Source: Octopus bimaculoides
Lineage: Eukaryota
Length of the DNA stretch: 64,000 nucleotides
Assembly: GCF_001194135.2 (NCBI RefSeq)
Contig: NC_068981.1
Span: 104,475,384 to 104,539,383 of the forward strand
Direction: 5' to 3'
Within the stretch, counting starts at the first letter, position 1, and each line of letters begins with the position of its first letter. A program made the position numbers and the translations under genes. Of the stretch, positions 23,740-36,436 are shown in pieces. The notes under the pieces were generated by a model, which saw nothing but the letters and a program-made list of their open reading frames with translations, had not been told where the DNA came from and ran no database searches.

Positions 23740-24790
23740 TTGTGTGAAAGTACATTTATATGCATGTAGGCATCTCGAGAGTTTTTCAGAAATTCTATTA
23801 ATTATCTTCTCATTAGTCCACAGAATAGACAGACATTCCTTGGAGCAGAGATGGCATCTCCTGGAAATTATATTGTATGGTTTCGCATACCCTACTATCG
23901 ACCAATTAATGGTGTACTTTATTTTATCCTCCTTCAGTCGCTATATAAAATCTGCCGAAGATGTTGAATGTCGCTTATTGATTGTCTTAAAGCTGGCAAC
24001 ATGGTTACAATAATGATTCTTAAATGAATCAGCCGTCTGCCCAATGTAAATATAGGGTCCTCGACTTGTGTGCACAGTACAAGATTTGTACTCATACAGA
24101 GATTCATCAAAGGATATTTTGATTTATCTCTGCATGAGCATTTATCATATTTATTTGTATATAAGGCAGTCCCAACTCCATTTACCGGCGTTGTTACCAT
24201 GCTAGCTGTATCATAAGTATTTCTACAACTACAAATTGGTCGTAGTTGGTGTTTATCAATGTGTTTTACATCTCCTTGGTTGGTATTTAGATGCAAATTT
24301 TTGCTAGATCCAGTAGGTGGGTTATTGAACCTTTGCCGTATTTTGCTATTGTTTATGCGATGCATAAGCTGCTCTAAATTAGCAGAGCTGACGTAGGATA
24401 CCTCCACGGTGTGCTGATGAAAAATAGCATGATACCTATTAGATTTAGGAAAACACCTGTCCAAAGAAGCAAACATTTTCCACCTTTTATGGTTGAAACA
24501 TGCAAACTGAAAATTGGGTTGAACCAGAAGACATCCTGATTCTTATATCTGTTGTTCGGCTTATTTGATCGAGTGTGTTGTACAGGATTAGAACAAGCAG
24601 TTGAATTATTATGTCTCGTGTCTATGAGTTTTTGTTGTTAGTTCATTGATATGACCAATTCTTTCTGGCCTGTATTCTTTATCTGAGTGAGTTCTCAAAT
24701 GGTAACATTGTGGTGGAAAAACAATGTGCATTGCAGTTGGAGGAATTACCAGTGTTGTGTATGTCTGCTTCTTGTATATACTGGATTTTT
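23740..24790 (-). mobile_element. Penelope-like retroelement relic (RT thumb, linker, GIY-YIG endonuclease)
   Basis: Across frames: VFWFNPIFS, LDRCFPKSNRYHAIFHQHTVEVSY, CSCRDKSKYPLMNLC, YIYIGQTADSFKNHYCNHVASF...LKEDKIKYTINWSIVGYAKPYNIISRRCHLCSKE...KLSRCLHAYK. Confidence 0.85.
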
Positions 24791-24845
24791 TCACAGTACC
24801 CAGCCCTAGCTAGAGCAGCATTATATGTATATATGTGTGTGTCTG

Positions 24846-24911
<66 letters not shown>

Positions 24912-24989
24912 TATATATAAATCACAGTATCACAATATCGACCAGACTCTCAGATGCTGTTACACACTGCTAGTTACAATGCACTTCTA

Positions 24990-25340
24990 ATTTTGTCTTG
25001 ATTGTACTATTCTTTTTCATCTTGACCCAAATTGCTGGACCAAATCATCTTCCCATCATTGTGGAGGCCTTCCAAGTGACCTTTTCTGATCTCTTGATCA
25101 AACTCTGCTTTCCCATGACAATTAACAAGGCACAGGGACAATCAGTGCAAGCAGTTGGTTTGAATCTGACAGAGCAAGTATTCTCACATGCACAACTGTA
25201 CGTTGGCTGTCCCCATGGTCTTTCTATTTGTGCACCCGAGGGAAGGACGAAGAATGTTGTCTACCAAGAGGCACTCCAATGATAACAATGGCAACTGCAC
25301 GGGTCCACATGTTGCCTGTGAAACTTGCAACATGTTTGGT
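24990..25340 (+). mobile_element. Helitron RepHel fragment, Pif1 helicase C-terminus
   Basis: LCFPMTINKAQGQSV...VFSHAQLYVGC...EGRTKNVVYQEALQ*; 9-bp hairpin ACATGTTGC/GCAACATGT at 25307-25335, but no clear CTRR after it. Confidence 0.85.
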
Positions 25341-25719
25341 CCAGAAGAACTTGTACTTTTGGTACTCTACAATCACATCACTCACTCTACTCCATTCTCA
25401 AATTATTTCATTTCGAATGTGCTCTCTTAATGATCAATGAAATATATATATGGTTATATTTCGGGATGACCATTTTTTGATTTTTTTGTTAAATTAACAT
25501 GCACACGCTCTATTCTCATTCTTTGCTTCAACTTTATTATTATTCTTATGAAGTGAAAAATGAATATACAGTGCATGTATTTATTTGGGGGAAAAAAAAG
25601 ATGACCATCCTGAAATATAACAATATCTGTTTCAACACATGATTTCACATCAGGAAACTTCCAAAACAAATACATAAATGAAATGTGTGTGTGTGTGTGT
25701 GTGTGTGTGTTATATTATA

Positions 25720-27027
25720 CTAGCAGCTAAGCCCGGTTTCACCCGGTCAGAGAACGACGTGAAGAGAGAAACGAAAACATAAAAAAGAGGAAGAAGTGGA
25801 TACGAAGTGGTGTTTGGGCGACGGATCTTGGTAGAAAAAAAAGAATGTCCTGGTGAGTTAGTAAGGAGAGCAAAGCAAGATTGGACTTACGTGGGCTGGC
25901 AGGACGATGAAAAAATTGCGGAGTTGANNNNNNNNNNNNNNNNNNNNNNNNNNNNNNNNNNNNNNNNNNNNNNNNNNNNNNNNNNNNNNNNNNNNNNNNN
26001 NNNNNNNNNNNNNNNNNNNNNNNNNNNNNNNNNNNNNNNNNNNNNNNNNNNNNNNNNNNNNNNNNNNNNNNNNNNNNNNNNNNNNNNNNNNNNNNNNNNN
26101 NNNNNNNNNNNNNNNNNNNNNNNNNNNNNNNNNNNNNNNNNNNNNNNNNNNNNNNNNNNNNNNNNNNNNNNNNNNNNNNNNNNNNNNNNNNNNNNNNNNN
26201 NNNNNNNNNNNNNNNNNNNNNNNNNNNNNNNNNNNNNNNNNNNNNNNNNNNNNNNNNNNNNNNNNNNNNNNNNNNNNNNNNNNNNNNNNNNNNNNNNNNN
26301 NNNNNNNNNNNNNNNNNNNNNNNNNNNNNNNNNNNNNNNNNNNNNNNNNNNNNNNNNNNNNNNNNNNNNNNNNNNNNNNNNNNNNNNNNNNNNNNNNNNN
26401 NNNNNNNNNNNNNNNNNNNNNNNNNNNNNNNNNNNNNNNNNNNNNNNNNNNNNNNNNNNNNNNNNNNNNNNNNNNNNNNNNNNNNNNNNNNNNNNNNNNN
26501 NNNNNNNNNNNNNNNNNNNNNNNNNNNNNNNNNNNNNNNNNNNNNNNNNNNNNNNNNNNNNNNNNNNNNNNNNNNNNNNNNNNNNNNNNNNNNNNNNNNN
26601 NNNNNNNNNNNNNNNNNNNNNNNNNNNNNNNNNNNNNNNNNNNNNNNNNNNNNNNNNNNNNNNNNNNNNNNNNNNNNNNNNNNNNNNNNNNNNNNNNNNN
26701 NNNNNNNNNNNNNNNNNNNNNNNNNNNNNNGATAGCAAATATCTCCAAATTGATTAGAAATGCATAAATTTAATAATAACAATGTTTTTGAGATTCCGGT
26801 TCGAATGACATGAGTGTTTTTGTTTCACTTTTGACACGTAATACTTAAATAGTGGGAGATATGATGTTGCTGTGGGCTGGAAGTATGCAAGAAGTTAAAA
26901 TTTTTTTTGACTAAAACACAACCAGGACTCTAAGTAAGGCATGTGTAAAATTTGAATGAAATTGGTTGTGTAGTTCTGGAGTTTTAGGGATTCACACAGA
27001 CATACATTCTCAATTTTATATATATAT
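25720..27027 (-). mobile_element. Non-autonomous Helitron-like element spanning an assembly gap
   Basis: CTAG at 25720-25723 next to a CCGG hairpin (3' end on minus strand); 26731-27027 resembles 9430-9738. Continuity across the gap is assumed. Confidence 0.5.
25928..26730. other. Assembly gap (N run)
   Basis: Other gaps at 4372-4444, 22178-22187, 34168-34638, 42190-42269, 51819-51828, 53155-53381, 54333-54432. Confidence 0.99.
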
Positions 27028-27040
27028 GCATGGAACTTAC

Positions 27041-27130
27041 AAAAGGAGTAGTGAATAAATTATTGAGTTCATGATATTCCACTGATGATCCCAGCAGCTT
27101 CTTCTCCACTGTGATTACATACACGAATTC
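27041..27130 (-). CDS. Putative exon of the minus-strand gene, possibly containing the start codon (ATG at 27072-27070, MNSIIYSLLL)
   Basis: Strong acceptor ATGTCCTTTTCAG|G and donor TTT|GTAAGT; 90 nt; alternatively fully open as EFVYVITVEKKLLGSSVEYHELNNLFTTPF. Confidence 0.48.
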
Positions 27131-27425
27131 CTGAAAAGGACATTCCATGAACCCATTCTAGGGATCAGAAATCAAATTTATATTAATCCTTTTCAGAATT
27201 GTAGCACGGGAATATAGTGTTGGTGCCTTATTCTACTTCCAATAGTGTTAGGCCAGTGGTTTTCAATCTTTTTGACTTCATGACATACTAGAGATCAAAT
27301 GAAAAATTATAGGTTCACTTCACATAAAATTTTAAAATAAATTATAAAATAAACTTCAACACATAGTTTCTGGTTCAGTTCCACTGCATGACACCTTGGG
27401 CAAATACGCACACACACACACACAC

Positions 27426-27479
<54 letters not shown>

Positions 27480-28204
27480 ATAGAAAGGACAACAAAAGAA
27501 AGAAAGAGACCTCGATATTATGTACATAGAGGAATTCATCTGTAAAAATATGTGACACTTATTCGGTAGCCATGATAAAACTCCGAGTTTCGCATGCCAG
27601 AGTGGGAACCCACGCCGCTATCTCTTCAGTTATCCGGCCATTGAAAATTCCTGATATATATACATCATCCTTTAACGTCCATTTTCCATGCTGGCATAGG
27701 CTGGCCAGTTTGAGCAGAGCTGGCAAGATGGACAGCTGCACCGGTTTCTATTCTGATTTGGCTTGGTTTCTACAGCTTGATGCCCTCTCTAATGTCAACT
27801 ACTTTATCTAGCATGTGCTGGATGCTTTAAATGTGGCACTGCCATGAGCACTTTTATGTGACACTGACACAAGTGCTTCTCATGTAGCACCAGCACAGGG
27901 CTCTTGCAGGTCAATCTTCTTCATCAGGGGGAGTGGCCTTAACATTTCTGTTGCCTTATGTTTATGTGTGTTTGTATTTGTGCCCCACCACTGCTTGACA
28001 ACTGGCATTTGAGTTTGGCATAAAAGACTGATAGAATAAGTACTGGATAGGATACAAGACTATCAAAGGTAAATTTTCCCCTATGAAGACTGGTGTCTAT
28101 TTTGTTTGCCATTTAAGTAGATTGTAGTAAGAAAAGTCAAGTGACTGATTTCAGAGTTATTTTGAAACAATTGATATAGGATAGGAACTTTTATTCCAAA
28201 ATTG

Positions 28205-28380
28205 CTATTGTTATAGCAACAACTATAGGTGTATCAAAAATATAGCAACTATAAGTGTGTCAAAAATACAGATATTAGCTGCAACAGCAACTATAATCAT
28301 ATCAAGAATACAAATATCATCTATATCAACAATTATACTTGTATCGAAAATATAAATATCAACAACAATCTCTTAAGGCA
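28205..28380. repeat. Degenerate ~30-40-bp tandem repeat
   Basis: Recurring units such as GCAACTATA.GTGT.TCAAAAATA. Confidence 0.5.
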
Positions 28381-30519
28381 TTGAAAAACTAAAAATCAAC
28401 AATTATAGTCATGTTAAAAACAGAGATATGAATACAATAATTATAATATCATTCTCTGGCCCCACATTGTAATGGTGCCAGATGTTACCAGAAGTGTGAG
28501 TAGTTAAAAGGCATTTAGCAATACACAATGCCAAAACTTCCCTCAAGCTAAAAAAATGTGTACCACAGAGTGAAGTGCAGTTCCTTACTGTAGGCAGTGG
28601 AGACACTGTATAATTAGTGCTTTAAGTGTGTGTAGTAATGGACTTAATCCTGCCAGTGGAGGAAGCCCATGCAGGAAGAAAGAGGTTTTGCAGTAGCAGT
28701 AAACAGAATAATAAAACAGATGTCATATCCAAAATGTCAATTCTGTATCTTCACAAGTCTGAATCTGAACACTGCATGCCAGAATGTACGACAAAGATCA
28801 GCATTTTCTGGAGACAAACTCTATTAGCTGTCCTTAAGCATTTAATTAAATACTTCTCTCATTAAATGAAGTAAAGTTATTCAAAACAACAGCAAGAAGA
28901 ACATAGTTTTTATTACTATATTATCAATGCTAGACAGCATCCTTTGAAATTCTCTCTTTATCCTAATCTTTTTCTGATAGATGCAGATCAACAGATGTTC
29001 AAAATGAACTTCAGCTATACCAGTGTCCCTACCCAAGGTGGTCCTATGAAAATCACAGACAGTATCTCCCCTTTAATTTAAATAAAACACAAATTAAAAT
29101 TCTTACTCTGAGTATGGGAACAGTACGTAAATGAGAGAGGATTGCAATAGATAAGCAGTCTTTTCCTTGAATAAACATTAGTACTATGGACTGGGAAAAC
29201 TTGCGTGAATGGGGAATTGCTAGTCTTACTCTAAACTGATGTCCAGGTTTGTACATGCTTATGCAGATGACAGCTCATCCTTGATTGATGGAGTTCTTAT
29301 GCAGAATGAGGTACCTGAGGTACTTCATCTCAGCCATATTATAATCAAAGATGATTTAACTGTAATTACATGGCCTTACATTATTGGCTAAAAAAAATCG
29401 GTAGGTGACGGTTGAGGAAAATTTGGCTGTTATTTCTAGCAGATTGGTAGATCACAAAGCGGCTTCTTTCATTAGCGCTTAACAAGTTGTTCAAAGATGA
29501 AGTGCGTTCTTACCATGACCATCACGTCTTAAACTTGTAGGGTGTGATGTAAAGTAGATTTGACTGCTGTTTCTAGCAGTTAGAGCAACCCTCTCTTTTC
29601 CTTCGTGTATCAGATTTTTAATCGAATGATTTCCATTAAATTACATTTTATCGAAGCGACTTTTCATAGAATAATTCTATATATAGTTTTATAGAATTTT
29701 TTGTCCACTCTAGCTCTAAACTATCGTCTCGACAAGCAGTTGGATGGAGTTGCGTAATAAACACTCAGTCACCGTAACTTTCTTTTCCAGAGAGAATTTC
29801 TTCGGATTTCTATGCTTTAAATATTGAAGATTACGATTCTGTAACTTTTTTCCCCAACAAATTCTAGTTTTTTTTTCAGTGCCCAAAATCCTAACCTTAC
29901 TTCAATCTTAACTAACCTTAAAATCTGGCCTTTTTTCTTTTCCTTTTCAGAATCGTAATTTCCCATAAATAAAACAGTATACTCTCGATAAACAATGAAT
30001 ATACACTTAGAAAACAATTTGATAAAAGTCGTGCTATGGGTTACCTCGAACACAGTAAAATGCGGCGAGCTGGCGGATTCGTTAGTACGCCGGGCAAAAT
30101 GCTAGGCGGCATTTCGTCCGTCTTTACGTTCCTAGTTCACATATCGCGGAGGTCGACTTAGCCCTTCATTCTATGGGATTAAATAAAATAAGCACTCGTT
30201 GAGCACTGGGATCGATGTAATCGACTAATCGTTCCCTGCAATTTTCTGGCCCTGCGCCTAAAGTAGAAAAGGATTATTATAACACTAGAGTTTCACACAC
30301 GTAATATAATGAGTTGAACGGCTAACTTCGATTATCCATATGATTAGTAGGCAAAAACTCTCTGTTGGGGTATTTAAATTCTGAAACCAACGAAGAGAGA
30401 GATAACCCCACCAAAAATCAATTTTCGAGTGCTAATTCGCAACTGTTTGTGTGCGCACGTATGTGTATTTATATATTTGTGTGCTCGCATTTGTGCTTGT
30501 ATCTCTAAGTCAGGTGCTC

Positions 30520-30700
30520 TCTTCTATTGACGTTCCTCATGACAACATCAATCGTATACATGGTTATAGTAGAGCTCTATATTAGCCATCCTTTATATGT
30601 AAGCTACATTCTGATTGGCTGACAATGCGTAAATTACAAGATGGCGATGATATCTGTAGTCGAGTCTCCTATTTTTGATCGGAGTGCATTCGTCTCTTGA
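30520..30700. promoter_or_regulatory. Candidate bidirectional promoter/TSS
   Basis: Inverted CCAAT (ATTGG 30614-30618), YY1-type CAAGATGGCG (30637-30646), TGACGT half-CRE near 30527, locally more CpGs; lies between two divergent exon sets. Confidence 0.55.
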
Positions 30701-31456
30701 CGGACACTGTACCTCATTGCACGACTCATAATACGGACTTATTATATATATACTTATACACCGTTTACCACCACCCCTCTCGGCTAAAAAAAAAAAAAAA
30801 CTAATTAAACAAGCGAGACTAAATAATTATATTTATTTCGTCACCAACTTGATATTTGCATCTTTTTTCGTCTTTTAGAAAAAGGTAGATTTCCAAACTT
30901 TTATTCTATTATTGGTCTTAGCAATTAAATTAAATTTTGGTGTTTTGTTGATTTGACAAACCACGTCTGGCTACATAAGATACACCCCTTTACGATGTCT
31001 TTATACATTGCTTTTAAAACCCACCCCTATTTATGTTTTTGGAAATTTTGCTTTATTCCTTTTTTCTTTTCTTTCATTTATAAATAATTCTTTTAAATAT
31101 TTTCCTTAAGAATCAAATCGATTATTATTTAAAACATACTTCATTTTAAAGCTAACAATTTAATATTTTTTTTCTGTTTTTTTCCCATGCTGTGCATATT
31201 TTACATCTTGTATATTCCCATTATGTTTTAAACTCTAGATTGTTTCTCCACTACCTTACAATATATGTTAGGTTGTATTTCTTTTACAGAAAAACATTTA
31301 ACCAACTTATATTAATTCTTACATGAGAGATAAATTATAAACCAGTTTCTTTCGTTGGTTAACAATATATTCTAATATATCTTACCGTATACATTTATAA
31401 TATTCTCAGTCTTGAAGATCATTTGGTCAACTATTAATTGTATCTACTTTTTAAAG

Positions 31457-31507
31457 ACATAGATCGAATGTAAATGGATTTATTTACTAAGATGGATTCA
31501 GTTTGCG
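31457..31507 (+). other. Possible non-coding 5'UTR exon
   Basis: CTACTTTTTAAAG|A acceptor and GCG|GTAAGT donor downstream of the promoter candidate. Confidence 0.28.
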
Positions 31508-33547
31508 GTAAGTATTGTCAGATGTTACATCGTTACGCTAAATTAACATGTTAGCATTTCGAGCTCTATAACACCAGCAATGTGTGTGTATGTATGCCTG
31601 TCTGTATGTGTGTGTATTCAATTGCCTTTTCCATCTTATATTGTTAGAGAAAATGTTATTCTGTGTGAAAGTGATGTGTCGAATGAAAGGCTACTTGTTA
31701 TTGACATTTAACCCATTTCATTTTCAACATTCCACCCTCCTGTTGTTTACAAGAGAGATATATAGGTCGTATATCTCCTGTTTTACAGAATCGGCATCCA
31801 AAAATGTACGTGTATAGATGAGTGTGACATATTTAACGAATTTGTTGTTATTATTGGGGTGAATACGGTAGATTGGTGAAATCGTTAGAGCGTCTGACAA
31901 AAAAGGCCTTGCAATATTTATTTACAATTCTTTACGTTGTGATTTCGAATCCCGCCGATGTCATTTTTACCTCTCATTCCCCGAGGGGTCGATAAAATAA
32001 AGTATCAATCAGCTAACAGGGGTGAGTATGAGAGTTAATGGTAACGATTCATCCTTTCCTCTCAAAATTGCTGGCCTTGTGTTTTAATTAGAAACTGTTA
32101 ATGGAGTAACAAAAACGATAGAGTACTGTAGTATTGTCTAATCTTGTCGCCCTACAAGGGTCGTCACTGCTTTTGTTTTGATCTCTATAATTTCGCGACC
32201 TTGTACCAATGTAAGAAGTCATAATTCTTGTTCCTTTTCTTGTTGTTTAGTAATATCAGTGTTATTAAGATGCAAATGTTTCGGTCTTGTTAAAACCACA
32301 ATTAGCTTTCTCTGGAATTAGATTCTATGTTATATAAAACTGTGTGCATGTGTAATACTTACACGCTCACTTTCCTACTTTTGTTGACAGGTGTGTACGT
32401 ACGTGTCTGTCGGTCTGTATGTATGTACACGTGCACGTTACGAAGGCATAAATACATATACATGTATACATGCTTACATATTTAATTCATGTTCTACAAA
32501 GTTGTGTGTGTGTGTATTTAATACGGATTACTAAAATTTGGTATTTCTACGACTTCATTTGCTGAGTATAGGTGGCCGGTCCATCACACAACGAAGCAAT
32601 TAGCTTTCTGCCAAGATGATTAATACTATACGTATATACATGAATTTTTGTGATATGTCACTCCATGCTAACCACGCATGTATTTACATATGCCTGCATA
32701 TGTATTTAAAGTGCATATTGTCGACTGAATATAGTGTACTAGGGAAATCGTTGGTACATGTCTTGTTAGCATGAAATGTGTTGTTCAAGATGAAGGCAAC
32801 CGGCTCCAAGTAGACCCTGTAAGGTGGTTTTTTGCTCAATGCTAAGTCAGCTCTGATCGAACAGACTTTTGATTAGAAATATTCAAACCATTGCCTTTTA
32901 TTTCCTTTCTGCTCTGAGCTATGGTGTTTCTAGTTTTACATTATCTAAGATGTCTTTGTATTAAGAAGGTAGGATATTATTTCATCGAGATTTAACTGCT
33001 GTTTCTAGTAGTTGGAGTGACTACATACATCACGGCACTCTTCTTGTTCTCTACTGTAAATACTAGATTGAAAGTAGTGTTTCTTTCACCCTATGGAGAT
33101 ATACATCATCGGCTTAACACTACAAAAATGACGAGAAAAGCTTTAAAAAAATAATAAAAGATTTGTTACCTATTTACAAACTTATATCTATGTTTTAAAA
33201 CCACAACTGTTTAAACAACTATTTTCATTTGCCATGGTGTGTGTGTGTGTGTAGGCCTATGTAATGTCTCTGGATAATGCTTCAAAGCTTCAGTACCAGA
33301 TCATTGCAAAGAAAGTGAACAGATGATGTGTGCATGTTAAGAAAAGGTTCAGATGTGATTTAACCTTCATCATATACTTTAATATCTGAACCGATAAAAC
33401 CGCCTTGGTTCATTTCTAAATACGTATGCATAAATTTTTCTGAAGGATTCTGTCTCTTAGTTATGCTCACCATACATGTGCATATAAACAACTACACATA
33501 CATTTTTATATATCTCAAATGGTAGACTGGCTTTTGAGCCACCCTGT

Positions 33548-33582
<35 letters not shown>

Positions 33583-34638
33583 GTGCGCACATCACAATAG
33601 TTGTTGTCGAATGGAAGAAAGAGAACTCAATACCAGAGCTTTAGTTGAGATTACTTAAGATCCGTCATAGGCAAGGTTTCCCATGAGCATAGAAAAATGT
33701 ATTCGTTCACACACAATCAACTGTGATACGATTGGGTATTGTTTTGTGCAATCATTGTCAAAATTACTTACACTTGTCATTTTGTTCTTTAATAGGGAAG
33801 AAGAAAATGACAAGAATTTCTAAGTAACAATGACATAATTGCAGTGGTTAAGAAGTTCATTTCACAAACTCTTGGTTTTAGGTTCATTTCTCCGTTGTAT
33901 AGAGCAAATGTCTTCTACTGTAGACAGAGGCCAGCCTAAACCATGCAAATGGGTTTGGTAGACGGAAAGTGAAAGAAGCTTGTTGCGTGTGTATAATATC
34001 TGCGCACATCTTCGTGTGTGTATGTATGTAATATCTGCGTGCATCTTCATGTTTGTGTGTGTGTTTCTTTGCCTGACATGATAGAAGCAAGCGCCACTGT
34101 CATACAAGCGGTGTCCCTCGTTTTTAGTCTTCTGTGAAAACATATCCAGCTAACGTTGGTGGGGGGGNNNNNNNNNNNNNNNNNNNNNNNNNNNNNNNNN
34201 NNNNNNNNNNNNNNNNNNNNNNNNNNNNNNNNNNNNNNNNNNNNNNNNNNNNNNNNNNNNNNNNNNNNNNNNNNNNNNNNNNNNNNNNNNNNNNNNNNNN
34301 NNNNNNNNNNNNNNNNNNNNNNNNNNNNNNNNNNNNNNNNNNNNNNNNNNNNNNNNNNNNNNNNNNNNNNNNNNNNNNNNNNNNNNNNNNNNNNNNNNNN
34401 NNNNNNNNNNNNNNNNNNNNNNNNNNNNNNNNNNNNNNNNNNNNNNNNNNNNNNNNNNNNNNNNNNNNNNNNNNNNNNNNNNNNNNNNNNNNNNNNNNNN
34501 NNNNNNNNNNNNNNNNNNNNNNNNNNNNNNNNNNNNNNNNNNNNNNNNNNNNNNNNNNNNNNNNNNNNNNNNNNNNNNNNNNNNNNNNNNNNNNNNNNNN
34601 NNNNNNNNNNNNNNNNNNNNNNNNNNNNNNNNNNNNNN

Positions 34639-34655
34639 CGACGCTCTTCCGATCT
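34639..34655 (+). other. Illumina TruSeq adapter remnant (artefact)
   Basis: CGACGCTCTTCCGATCT immediately after the N gap 34168-34638; identical to the 3' end of the TruSeq read-1 adapter. Confidence 0.93.
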
Positions 34656-35239
34656 ATATATGTATTTATATATGTATTTATAGATTTATACCAAAATTTG
34701 GTAAAAATATTGTATCTGTTATCAAACGTAGCAAAATTCTCCCATGTGAGTTTTTGTATGTATATCAATTTAAATAAGAGCTAAAATATGATCCATTGCA
34801 AAAACTTTATTATGACCTATGATCATATCGATGCAATATCCAGACCAACTCATGCATATTATAAAATATGGAATATTGTATCTCTTCAGGGTCAGATTAA
34901 TTCATAGCAGACAGTAAAAACAGACGACATTCATAGTTGTCCTAGAATTACATATATATAAACAAGTTGAAAAGACATGATACGTATTGAAACTGTATAG
35001 CATGTCAGTCTTGAAACCGTTAGAAGGCAGAGTAAATGAGAAGTAATGCTAAGTTATGATGTTATCCTATGAAGTTAAATAGCGAACAAGTACGGGACGC
35101 TGTACATTTCAAAAAAACCGTTGGACTTATGAAAATAAATAAAAAAACCAAGACCGAAGAAAAAACCGTTAGGTGTTAAAAATATATTTTTTTACACAAG
35201 TTAATGGTCAAATAGAATTAAATATATATATATATATAT

Positions 35240-35775
35240 ATCTTGTTTCAATCATTACACTGTGGCCATGCTCAGGCACTGCTTTGAGGAATATTAGTTG
35301 GATAAATTAGCCCAGTACTTTTTTTTTAACTCTTTGAGCTCTGACCTTCTGAATCTTATTTAACCATATACCTGGCACTCCACCGGTGCTACTGTATAGA
35401 GAAATATGGTACAAAGAAAAATAAAGCCATCCACCAGTAAACTGGTGCTATGAGCTCAAAGGGTTAAGCCTGGTACTTATTCTGTTGGTCTCTTTTGCTG
35501 AACCACTAAGTTGTGGGGGCATAAACACACTGATACCAGCTATCAAGCAGTGGTAGGGGACAAACGCAGACACAAAGACACACATGTCTATCTATATATA
35601 TATATATATATATATATATCGTCTTTCAGTTTCCGTCTACCAAATCCACTCACCAGACTTTGGTCAGCCCAAGGCTATAGTAAAAGATACTTGTCCAAGG
35701 TGTCATGCAATGAGACTGAACACTGAACCATGTGGTAGGGAAGCAAACTTCTAACCACACAGCCACTCATGCAAA
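35240..35775 (-). mobile_element. SINE S2 interrupted by a TTAA-flanked mini-MITE (~35339-35464)
   Basis: S2 tail and head in reverse; insert TTAACTCTTTGAGCTC...GAGCTCAAAGGGTTAA. Other S2 copies near 36612-36910, 37840-37990, 41685-42035, 42975-43115, 48690-48950, 50835-51000, 60035-60428. Confidence 0.7.
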
Positions 35776-36344
35776 TGAGTGGACAAATGAAAGATGCACT
35801 CAACACATTTGGTAGGAGTACATATATTGGTTTCAAATTTTGGCACAAGGCCAGCTATTTTGGTGGGAGGATAAGTCGATGAGACTGACCCCAGTGTTCA
35901 ACTAATACTTATTTTATTAACTCTGGAATGATGAGAGTCATAGTCAACCTTAGTGAAATTTGATCTCAGAATGTAAAGATGGATGAAATGCTGATAAGCA
36001 TTTTCCTTGGCATGCCAAGGATTCTGCTAGCTCACCACCTTAGGAATACATATATTACAACTTATTAATAGGTTGATTTGGCTCCATACACCTTAAGCTC
36101 ATCACTTAGATTGATGTTTAATGTGCATGGAACCAACCAAATTGTTCTTAAATACACACATACACACACACACACACACATGGCTGAATTTCTTCAGTTT
36201 TTAATCTACCAAAGCTACTCACAAGGCTTTGGTTAGCTCAAGGCTATAGTAGATATTTGCTCAAGGTGCTCTGTTGTGGGACTGAACACACTTTCGGCAG
36301 ATGTCTTTTACTATAACCCCTTGTATGTATATCTCTCCCCCCCC

Positions 36345-36398
<54 letters not shown>

Positions 36399-36399
36399 G

Positions 36400-36436
<37 letters not shown>

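Noticed and set aside
23400-23740. Hammerhead expected in the 3' repeat of the Penelope-like relic
   Set aside because: No intact CUGANGA...GAAA core with stems was found.
25739-26782. Long ORFs of 283-347 aa in the track (also near 34.1, 53.1 and 54.3 kb)
   Set aside because: They consist of X residues from N gaps.
28589-28720. Signal-peptide-like MTSVLLFCLLLLQNLFLPAWASS and a possible 61-nt exon at 28589-28649
   Set aside because: The ORF stops after 34 codons with no usable donor, and the 61-nt exon's phase does not fit coding continuation into 27041-27130. It could still be a UTR exon.
29235-29300. HAYADDSS resembling an RT catalytic motif
   Set aside because: No flanking RT motifs and an in-frame stop just upstream; likely chance or too decayed to call.
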